Assembly: GCA_049599475.1 (NCBI GenBank) | Contig: JBMYOQ010000044.1 | Location: 1-34,925, forward strand | Length of the DNA stretch: 34,925 nt | From: Opitutales bacterium | GTDB taxonomy: Bacteria > Verrucomicrobiota > Verrucomicrobiia > Opitutales > JABSRG01 | Reading direction: 5' to 3' | Shown: positions 27,139-34,925 of the stretch, one piece after another | Numbering within the stretch: position 1 is the stretch's first letter | Layout of the letters: the number at the start of each line of letters is the position of its first letter | The notes under the pieces: model-generated | The model's database searches: none | What the model was told of the DNA's origin: nothing | Seen by the model: only the letters and a program-made list of their open reading frames with translations | Program-made: the position numbers and the translations under genes

Positions 27139-30100
27139 ATGTATCAAAAAATAACATTCGAAGAAGATCGCGCTCTAAAACGCCTCGTTTCTACTCCGCG
27201 GGAGCAAAAGCCCCGCTTTGACTGGTCTCTATCAGTCGACACTGCCCCATTCGATCAATCTGCAATCACGATCGAAGAAAAAGGAGACTCCCGTGACCTC
27301 AGCGTGAACGATATCGCTGAGACGATCGGTCAGGCTCTTACCGACCTCCTGCTTTCGCGCGAGGAAGAAGATATTTTCAATGATAAGAACCGTGCTTTCG
27401 TAAAGAGCTCCGCTGCGATCGTAGGTGAGAAGTTGTTGGGACAGATTGAGCAAGGGCGTCCGCTCCGCCTTTCTCAAAAGGACCTCTTCCTGCTTATAGA
27501 GAAAACGCTTATTGAGAGCGACGCTCACGATGTAGCGCGTTCATTGGTACATGGCAAAGCGAAGCGCTTTGAAGAGTCTGACATGGGCGTCAGTGAACTC
27601 GATGATTCTAAAAACGTATCTGTCCGCCTCATACGCCGCAACAAGCAAGTCGTGCCTTGGAATCAGGCAAAAATTGAAATTGCGATTCGCAAAGCCTTCT
27701 TGTCTCTCCAGCTCGACTCCGAGCCAGCGGTGACCGTATCTGAGTCTGTGACCGAACGCGTCGGATCTCTAAAGCAATCTTTCATCAACATCGAAGACGT
27801 CCAAGACATCGTCCAAGAAGAGTTGATGCGCCATGGCCATTTCAAGGCTGCTGAGGCATACATTCTTTACCGTGCGCACCGCTCTCGCATGCGTGACGAC
27901 AGCGATGATGTTTTGGAGGCAGAATCTCGTCAGGACTCCATGATCGTGGTCACCCTCGAAGATGGCGTTACCGAGTTCTGGGACGGTATCGATCTCAAGA
28001 AGCGCATTGAGTATGGAATGATCGGTTTGGATCTCAGCATGAATTCTGAGCAAATCGAAACAGAGCTGCGCCGCTCCCTCTTCCCAGAAATGAAGATGGA
28101 AGATCTCAAGAAGACGGTTGTGCTCAACGCACGCACATTGATTGAGCGCGACGCCGATTTTAGCAAATTTGCGGGCCGCATCCTTCTGAGCTACATCTAC
28201 GAAGAAGTGCTTGATTGGGATATCGTAAAAGACGGAATCGAAGGGCTCAAAGATGCTCATAAGCGCAAGTTTAAGTCTCAGCTCAAGCGCGGTATCGAGA
28301 TCGAGCGCATCAATCCCAAGATGCTCGAGTATGATATCAACCGTCTCGCGGATGCACTCGACCCATCTGCGGATATGGACTTTGACTACCTCGGTATTCA
28401 GACTCTCTACGACCGCTACTTGATCATAGACAAGCAAGCGAAACCACAGCGCCGCCTGGAGACGCCTCAACTCTTCTGGATGCGTGTTGCTATGGGAATT
28501 TTTATCGGTGAAAAGTCTGGCGCAGAAGAGAAGGCTATCAGCCTTTACGGTCTTTACAAAAGCCGTCGCTTCTGCTCATCCACACCGACTCTATTCAACG
28601 CCGGAACGCTTCACTCACAATTGTCATCTTGCTATCTATACAAGGTGGACGACTCCATCGAGTCGATCATGACTCGTGGTATCGCAGAGAATGCATACTT
28701 GTCGAAGTGGGCTGGTGGCCTTGGTGGTTCTTGGACCGCGGTGCGTGGCACAGGTTCATACATCAAGGGGACCAATGGAGAGAGCCAAGGGGTTATCCCA
28801 TTCTTGAAGCTGCACAATGACCAGCTCGTAGCAGTCAACCAAGGTGGTAAGCGCCGTGGCTCTGGATGTGCGTATTTGGAAAGCTGGCACAACGACATTC
28901 ACGACTTCCTAGAGTTGCGTAAGAATACAGGTGATGATCGTCGTCGTACCCACGACATGAATACGGCCAACTGGATTCCTGATTTGTTCATGAAACGTAT
29001 GGAAGCCCGTGAGGATTGGACTCTGCTTCGCACCAACGAAGCGAAGGACCTGCACGACCTTTACGGAAAAGCCTTTGAAGACCGCTATGTCGAATACGAA
29101 GCAATGGCGGAACGCGGTGAAATTTTTGGCAAGAAAGTGCCTGCAATCGAGTTGTGGAAAAATATGCTCCGCATGATCTTCGAAACAGGTCACCCGTGGA
29201 TCACTTTCAAGGACCCGTGCAATGTCCGTAGTCCGCAAGATCACGCCGGTGTTGTTCATAGCTCAAACCTCTGCACAGAGATCACGCTTAACACCAGCGA
29301 AGACGAAACCGCGGTGTGTAACTTGGGCTCAGTTATTCTCGATAACCACATAGACGCCGAAGGTAATCTCGACCACAAGAAGCTCCGCGACACCATTCAA
29401 GTTGCCGTCCGCGCTCTCGATAACGTGATCGATATCAACTTCTACCCAACCGATGCGGCAGAGTGTTCGAACCGTCGTCATCGCCCAATCGGTATGGGCG
29501 TGATGGGGCTGCAAAATGCTCTTTACCAGCGCGGTGAAGCCTTTGCATCGGAAGCGGCGGTTGAGTTTAATGATGAATTCATGGAAGCGATCGCTTTCTA
29601 CGCTTACGAAGCTTCATCAGATCTCGCTGCAGAGCGCGGCACATACGAGTCTTATAAAGGCTCTAAGTGGGACCGTGGACTGCTCCCGCAAGATACTCTC
29701 AAGCTCCTCGAGAAAGAGCGTGGCTTAGACCTTGATATCCCGCATGGCGGTAAGCTCGACTGGGCTCCTCTCCGCGAAAAGATCGCGAAACAAGGTATGC
29801 GCAATTCGAATGTCCTCGCTATCGCGCCGACCGCGACGATTTCGAACATCATGGGCACATCTCCATGTATCGAACCGACCTACAAGAATCTGTTCGTAAA
29901 GAGCAATCTATCCGGCGACTTCATCGTGCTCAACGGTCACTTGGTTCGCGACCTGAAGAAAGAAGGCCTCTGGGACGAAGAGATGATCGGCGAGTTGAAA
30001 TACTTCGATGGTGAACTGGCGAGTATCGATCGTATCCCACAAAAGATAAAGGACCGCTACCTCACTTCATTTGAGGTGCCTTACCAATACGTGATCGATG

Positions 30101-30393
30101 CAGCAGCTCGCCGCCAGAAGTGGATCGACCAATCTCAATCGGTGAACCTGTGGCTCGCGAGCCCGGACATGAAGACCCTGTCTCACATGTATCGTTCTGC
30201 CTGGCACAAGGGACTGAAAACCACTTACTACCTGCGCACCTTGGGCGCTTCCAATATCGAAAAGGCAACTGTCTCGGTGAAGGCTGCACAGAAACCTGCA
30301 GCGGCTCCGAAGAAGTCTTACACTGAGTCCGAGCGTATCGCATGCTCTATTGAGGCAATGCGCAACGGCGAAGAATGTGAGGCCTGCCAGTAG
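27139..30393 (+). CDS. nrdA: Ribonucleotide reductase alpha subunit with multiple N-terminal ATP-cone-like domains
   Basis: Motifs STPTLFNAG, LSSCY, SNLCTEI, AVCNLGS, APTATIS, KTTYY and C-terminal CEACQ. Start taken at ATG 27139. Confidence 0.97.
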   Translation: MYQKITFEEDRALKRLVSTPREQKPRFDWSLSVDTAPFDQSAITIEEKGDSRDLSVNDIAETIGQALTDLLLSREEEDIFNDKNRAFVKSSAAIVGEKLLGQIEQGRPLRLSQKDLFLLIEKTLIESDAHDVARSLVHGKAKRFEESDMGVSELDDSKNVSVRLIRRNKQVVPWNQAKIEIAIRKAFLSLQLDSEPAVTVSESVTERVGSLKQSFINIEDVQDIVQEELMRHGHFKAAEAYILYRAHRSRMRDDSDDVLEAESRQDSMIVVTLEDGVTEFWDGIDLKKRIEYGMIGLDLSMNSEQIETELRRSLFPEMKMEDLKKTVVLNARTLIERDADFSKFAGRILLSYIYEEVLDWDIVKDGIEGLKDAHKRKFKSQLKRGIEIERINPKMLEYDINRLADALDPSADMDFDYLGIQTLYDRYLIIDKQAKPQRRLETPQLFWMRVAMGIFIGEKSGAEEKAISLYGLYKSRRFCSSTPTLFNAGTLHSQLSSCYLYKVDDSIESIMTRGIAENAYLSKWAGGLGGSWTAVRGTGSYIKGTNGESQGVIPFLKLHNDQLVAVNQGGKRRGSGCAYLESWHNDIHDFLELRKNTGDDRRRTHDMNTANWIPDLFMKRMEAREDWTLLRTNEAKDLHDLYGKAFEDRYVEYEAMAERGEIFGKKVPAIELWKNMLRMIFETGHPWITFKDPCNVRSPQDHAGVVHSSNLCTEITLNTSEDETAVCNLGSVILDNHIDAEGNLDHKKLRDTIQVAVRALDNVIDINFYPTDAAECSNRRHRPIGMGVMGLQNALYQRGEAFASEAAVEFNDEFMEAIAFYAYEASSDLAAERGTYESYKGSKWDRGLLPQDTLKLLEKERGLDLDIPHGGKLDWAPLREKIAKQGMRNSNVLAIAPTATISNIMGTSPCIEPTYKNLFVKSNLSGDFIVLNGHLVRDLKKEGLWDEEMIGELKYFDGELASIDRIPQKIKDRYLTSFEVPYQYVIDAAARRQKWIDQSQSVNLWLASPDMKTLSHMYRSAWHKGLKTTYYLRTLGASNIEKATVSVKAAQKPAAAPKKSYTESERIACSIEAMRNGEECEACQ

Positions 30394-30463
30394 ACCCTTT
30401 GACGGACTAGACTGAAACATCCGACAAATCGCGGGAGTTGACTGCAACCACTCCCGTACCCCA

Positions 30464-30503
30464 AAAAAGAACGCCATGTCCTCCCGGATGTGGCGTTCTT
30501 TTT
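30464..30503 (+). terminator. Intrinsic terminator after nrdA
   Basis: AAAAAGAACGCCATGTCC-TCCC-GGATGTGGCGTTCTTTTT. Confidence 0.88.
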
Positions 30504-30516
30504 GCATCTGAAAATC

Positions 30517-31950
30517 ATGTGCATCCTCCAAAATAATTTTTTGAGAAAGCTTATCTTCGGACTGTTTTGGATGTTCGTTTCGATGTCGCTTGCGGCTGAG
30601 CGGCCGAATGTCCTGTTGATCTATGTCGACGATTTGGGATACGGTGACCTGGCGTGCTACGGGCACCCTGTGATCGAAACGCCTTATCTCGACGGCCTAG
30701 CCGAGGCAGGTGTGCGCCTCACTCAATACTATGCGCCTTCAGCGCTCTGCTCGCCGTCGAGGGCAGGTATTCTTACGGGACGCACGCCTTACAGAACGGG
30801 GATCAAGAGCTGGATCCCGCACGATTCTGGAATTTTTTTGAGAAAGGCAGAAGTTACTCTGGCAGAATTGTTTCAAGATGCAGGGTATGCGACCGCGCTG
30901 ATCGGAAAATGGCACTTGAATAGTGACCTCGGCAGTAGCACTGAGCCACAACCCCTGGATCATGGTTTTGACTACGCTTTCGGGAACAATGCTTTTCAGA
31001 TTCCAACCAACCGCAATCCGGTGGGGATTTACCGCAATGGCGTGGCCCTCGGGGAAGTGGAAGGGTTTACGGCTCAGCTGTATGCGGATGAATCGATTCA
31101 GTGGCTCGAGAAACGAAAAGAGTCCGAGGAATCATTTTTTCTCTTTCTCTCAATGAATGAACCGCACACGACCATTGAGAACCCTGATGCATATAATGCT
31201 ATGTATTCGGAATATACTGACGGGGAAATCGTGCCCATCCCATCAGGAGGTCCCATACCTGTGGACAAATTAGAGCCACGCGGGCCGGGCGAATACTATG
31301 CGAATATTAGCTACATGGACCATGAAATTGGACGCGTGCTCAAGGCTCTGGATCGCTTGGGCTATGCAGAAAATACGATGGTTGTCTTTGCTAGTGATAA
31401 TGGGCCGGTCACCTCAGATTGGCGCAAATGGTGGGAGGTGAATGCTTACGGAAATACGGGAGGGTTCAGAGGCCGCAAACACGCTCTATATGAGGGAGGT
31501 ATTCGTGTACCAGCGATCGTGCGATTTCCGGGGCGGTTTCAATCGGGGTATGTATCAGATGAGCCAGTCGTGGGCATGGATTTGTTCGTTACCATCGCAG
31601 AACAGGCGGGGCTGGATATACCGGAGGATCGCGTGATTGATGGTGTCGATGTCTCACAAGCGCTTGAACGAGGTGAGCCCTTGGGTGAGCGTAGTTTCTT
31701 TTGGGCTTTACCTACGGACGACGGAAAAGACTTCGTCTACCGCATGGGCGATTGGAAGCTTATATATAATTCCGAGATGAACCCCGTTGAATTATACAAC
31801 TTGGGCAAGGATCCGCTCGAATTTTTTAATAAGATCGAGGAAGAGTCGGAAATCCTCAAAAGGCTTCACGCGGGTTTTCAGAAAATGTATGCGTCGATTA
31901 CGGAAGACCCACTTCGGCCTAAATTTGAGGATGAAGACTCGGCCAACTAA
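30517..31950 (+). CDS. Exported formylglycine-dependent (S1, Cys-type) sulfatase; start uncertain
   Basis: Motifs RPNVLLIYVDDLGYGD, CSPSRAGILTGR, GKWHL, SDNG, LYEGGIRVP. Confidence 0.95.
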   Translation: MCILQNNFLRKLIFGLFWMFVSMSLAAERPNVLLIYVDDLGYGDLACYGHPVIETPYLDGLAEAGVRLTQYYAPSALCSPSRAGILTGRTPYRTGIKSWIPHDSGIFLRKAEVTLAELFQDAGYATALIGKWHLNSDLGSSTEPQPLDHGFDYAFGNNAFQIPTNRNPVGIYRNGVALGEVEGFTAQLYADESIQWLEKRKESEESFFLFLSMNEPHTTIENPDAYNAMYSEYTDGEIVPIPSGGPIPVDKLEPRGPGEYYANISYMDHEIGRVLKALDRLGYAENTMVVFASDNGPVTSDWRKWWEVNAYGNTGGFRGRKHALYEGGIRVPAIVRFPGRFQSGYVSDEPVVGMDLFVTIAEQAGLDIPEDRVIDGVDVSQALERGEPLGERSFFWALPTDDGKDFVYRMGDWKLIYNSEMNPVELYNLGKDPLEFFNKIEEESEILKRLHAGFQKMYASITEDPLRPKFEDEDSAN

Positions 31951-32005
31951 TGCTGTAAAGGCTTCAATGCTCGACAGGCTCATCAATATTTTATTCTAGG
32001 GGATC

Positions 32006-33865
32006 ATGAAGAGAGAGTTCGGTTTATCAGAGGCAATGCGGAAAATTTTTAGAGGGATCGGCCTTCTCGGAATTGCCTCGAGTGTGTCAGCATACGAACT
32101 CTCGATCATTCACATGGCAGACCAAGAGGCCGCGATGGATGCACTTTTTGATGTCCCAAGAGCCTCTTCGGTGATCAATGCTCTGAAGGACGACTATGAG
32201 AATACGATAATCCTATCTGCGGGTGATAATTACATTACCGGGCCCTTTTTTAAGGCATCAGTCGAGGAGGCAATGGGGGATATTATTGGTGCTTCAGGCG
32301 TGGCAGGCCGCTCGGATATTTTAATCAATAATGCTCTCGGAATCCAGGCATCCGTTGTTGGGAATCATGAATTTGATGCAGGCCCAGAGTTGTTTAACCA
32401 ACTCTTGATGGCGGAAGGGAAATATCCCGGTCCAAATTTTCCTTATTTGAGCGCTAATCTGGATTTCTCAAAAACATCCCTGGCCGCAAAAATAGCACCG
32501 ACGACGATCATTGAAATAAATGGAAAACGTATCGGGATTGTTGGGGCAACTACGCCAACTCTTCCTGAGATTAGTAGTATTGGGGATATTCAAGTGGTGC
32601 CTGTTCAGAGTCGAGACCATCGCGCCTTGGCATCCGTTATTCAGAAGCATGTGGATGCGCTCACAGCTCAAGGGATTGAGATCATTATCCTGTTGGCACA
32701 TATGCAGGACCTCGCGATTGAGGAAGAGCTCGCGGGGTATTTAAGCGATGTCGATGTCATCATCGGCGGGGGCTCGGATTCGATTTTATTGGATGAAAAT
32801 GACCGCCCTCGCGACGGGGATGGCGATTTGGTCTATGGCGAATATCCACTTTGGAAGACGTCCCTAGACGGTAAACTATGCGCGGTTTTAAATACTGATG
32901 GACAATATCGATACGTGGGTCGCTTTGTGGCGCAGTTTGATGATCATGGAAACCTCTTAAAGGCTTATGACTCCGACGTGAGTGGAGCATTTGCAACCGA
33001 TGAAGCCGGGGTCGCGGCCTTGGGAGATGCTCCTGCAGATCCTGCGATAACCCAAATTATTGGAGGTTTGAAATCGCTCATCCTGGATAAAGATCAGAAC
33101 ATCTTGGGCGTGGTGCCGAAGTATTTAGATGCGAGGAAATCCGTTATCCGCACAGAGGCGACCAATCTGGGCTCTTTAATTGCCGAGGCTAATCTTTGGT
33201 ATGCGCGACGCATATCTCAAGAGCCTGTCGATGCGGCGATCGCGAATGCTGGAGGGATACGTGCATCGATCGGAGTCGAGACTGTATTGCCGGGAGAGAC
33301 CGCGGTGAGTTTTCTGCCAACTGCGGAAACCAGCTACAAGCCGGCCGGCGGAATTTCCCAGCTAGATATTGAAGCTGCTCAAGCGTTTAATAACGAATTA
33401 GTTCTCGTCACGCTCACCGCTGAAGAGATAAAGGCAACCTTGGAAGATGGGCTGAAGTTTTTGCCCAACGCACATGGCGGATATCCACAGGTTTCCGGAA
33501 TTACCCTGGAAATAGATCCTTCGAAAAATCCTAGGATCGTAAATACAGAGACGGGAGCTATCGAGCAGGTCGGGCAACGCGTCCAGGGTATGAAAATAGG
33601 GGATGCGACAATAATTCACGAAGGCAAATACGTCGCCAGTCCTGATGCTGAATTTCGGATCGTTACGTTAAAATATTTGGCGAATGGTGGGAATGGGTAT
33701 CCGATTAAGAACTACGTTTCGGAAAGCCCCCAGCGAGTGAAATATCGAATGCTTTCGGACTTTACCGAAGGGGAGAGCTTGAGCGGTTTTGCGGATATCG
33801 GTACTGAGCAAGATGCGCTGGCGGAGTACCTTCTAAGCGAATTTTCTGGAGCTGAGTCGCGCTAA
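32006..33865 (+). CDS. Exported metallophosphoesterase / 5'-nucleotidase family protein
   Basis: Motifs AGDNY and GNHEFD; 5'-nucleotidase C-terminal motifs NAGGIRASI, PQVSG, YLANGGNGY; signal peptide. Confidence 0.9.
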   Translation: MKREFGLSEAMRKIFRGIGLLGIASSVSAYELSIIHMADQEAAMDALFDVPRASSVINALKDDYENTIILSAGDNYITGPFFKASVEEAMGDIIGASGVAGRSDILINNALGIQASVVGNHEFDAGPELFNQLLMAEGKYPGPNFPYLSANLDFSKTSLAAKIAPTTIIEINGKRIGIVGATTPTLPEISSIGDIQVVPVQSRDHRALASVIQKHVDALTAQGIEIIILLAHMQDLAIEEELAGYLSDVDVIIGGGSDSILLDENDRPRDGDGDLVYGEYPLWKTSLDGKLCAVLNTDGQYRYVGRFVAQFDDHGNLLKAYDSDVSGAFATDEAGVAALGDAPADPAITQIIGGLKSLILDKDQNILGVVPKYLDARKSVIRTEATNLGSLIAEANLWYARRISQEPVDAAIANAGGIRASIGVETVLPGETAVSFLPTAETSYKPAGGISQLDIEAAQAFNNELVLVTLTAEEIKATLEDGLKFLPNAHGGYPQVSGITLEIDPSKNPRIVNTETGAIEQVGQRVQGMKIGDATIIHEGKYVASPDAEFRIVTLKYLANGGNGYPIKNYVSESPQRVKYRMLSDFTEGESLSGFADIGTEQDALAEYLLSEFSGAESR

Positions 33866-33898
33866 TGGCTTTTGTGCGAGTGCACTAAGCGATCGATT

Positions 33899-34702
33899 AT
33901 GCCGAGAACGAAAAAGATTACTCCGATTCTATCCGTTGAAGACCTTGTCGTCCGTGCATCTGGAATTTCTATTCTGGATGGAATCTCATGGACGGTAAAT
34001 CGAGGAGAACACTGGGCTATCCTGGGTGCTAACGGATGTGGAAAGACGACCTTATTATCCACGATCGCGGCCTATGCTACGGCGACCTCAGGCCGTATTG
34101 AACTCTTTGGCCAAGCTCACGGTGAGGTCGAGTGGGAGCCGCTCCGCAGGCAGGTGGGAATTGTGAGTGCAGCCCTGGAAAAACGGATTCCTCATGATGA
34201 ACTGGCGGTGGAGACGGTGCACAGTGGCACCATGTCGCAGCTTGGGTTCTGGGAACGGGAAGCTGTCGATTGGAAGCCTGCGCTGCGCTGTATGTCCAAG
34301 ATGGGTGTGCGCCATTTATCCAACCATCCCTGGAGTTATTTGAGCCAAGGCGAGCGTCAGAAGGTGTTTATCGCGCGTTCACTTATGGCAAAGCCGAAGC
34401 TCTTGGTGCTCGATGAACCTTGTGCCGGATTGGATCCGGTAGGGCGGGAGAAATTTTTGAATAGCATTTCGAAGATCGCGCAGTCGTCTCGCGGCCCTGG
34501 CGTGGTATTGGTGACCCACCATATCGAGGAGATTATTCCGGAAATCACGCACGTCTTAGTCATTAAACAGGGCAAGACGGTAGCCGCCGGGCCCAAGGCG
34601 GAAGTGTTGACGGATGCGGCGCTTAGCGAAGCCTTTGATGCGAAGATGGAGCTTACTCGCTGGAAGAAGTCGGATCGCTATTCGCTGCAAGTCAGTCTAT
34701 AG
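33899..34702 (+). CDS. ABC ATP-binding protein (ModF/YlmA-like)
   Basis: Walker A GANGCGKT, signature LSQGE, Walker B LLVLDEP, and VTHH. Confidence 0.9.
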   Translation: MPRTKKITPILSVEDLVVRASGISILDGISWTVNRGEHWAILGANGCGKTTLLSTIAAYATATSGRIELFGQAHGEVEWEPLRRQVGIVSAALEKRIPHDELAVETVHSGTMSQLGFWEREAVDWKPALRCMSKMGVRHLSNHPWSYLSQGERQKVFIARSLMAKPKLLVLDEPCAGLDPVGREKFLNSISKIAQSSRGPGVVLVTHHIEEIIPEITHVLVIKQGKTVAAGPKAEVLTDAALSEAFDAKMELTRWKKSDRYSLQVSL

Positions 34703-34767
34703 TCGACCGTATTTCGGCGACTTCCATTTGACTCGTTAGGCCTCAGGTATCATCGATAGAGCCTTCG

Positions 34768-34896
34768 ATGACACTCCTTCTTTTCTACCTGTTTCTCGCG
34801 ATTGGGTTTTCCTTTATTTGCTCCATATTGGAAGCAGTGCTCCTATCGATGACACCGGCTTATGTGTCTTCTCATACCAGTTCGAATAATTATTGA
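34768..34896 (+). pseudogene. Truncated CNNM/DUF21 (hemolysin/CorB-like) gene, 5' fragment
   Basis: Manual translation gives MTLLLFYLFLAIGFSFICSILEAVLLSMTPAYVSSHTSSNNY*. SFxCSxLEAVLLS is the typical start of a DUF21 domain, and the ORF stops after 42 aa. Confidence 0.7.
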
Positions 34897-34925
34897 GCTT
34901 TATGGTTATATGGTTTTGTCTACGG

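Noticed and set aside
27028..30393. Intein or intron explaining the long NrdA; start at 27028
   Set aside because: The catalytic core is continuous, with no splice-junction or homing-endonuclease motifs, and the extra length is N-terminal cones. The 27028 GTG lies inside the intergenic hairpin.

Overview
Bacterial chromosomal window, probably a marine Verrucomicrobiota (Opitutales-like) genome. This taxonomy is inferred from the Rhodopirellula/Verrucomicrobium-type ECF sigma, the Chlamydia-like RNR, and the GH29 and sulfatase content. Bases 1-6.6 kb hold an accessory glycan cassette: a GH29 alpha-L-fucosidase, an 808-aa secreted protein of unknown function whose 3' 413 bp are duplicated downstream of the fucosidase, and a divergent ECF sigma/FecR-type anti-sigma pair. 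The cassette has mirror-image candidate ECF promoters and lies between reciprocal chimeric GTAG-type REP-like sequences. The rest is mostly core genome: argJ-argB-argD-argF-argG (no argC), rplM-rpsI, a TorF-like porin, DUF423, tal, DUF805, mpl, a GT28/MGDG-synthase-like enzyme, argH, an FKBP PPIase, a second ECF/anti-sigma operon, a class Ic-type (radical-Tyr-less) nrdB-nrdA pair with tandem NrdR boxes, a sulfatase, a 5'-nucleotidase, an ABC ATPase, and a truncated CNNM/DUF21 gene at the right edge. No tRNA, rRNA, CRISPR array, transposase or integrase was recognised. All calls come from reading the sequence by eye, with no database searches.
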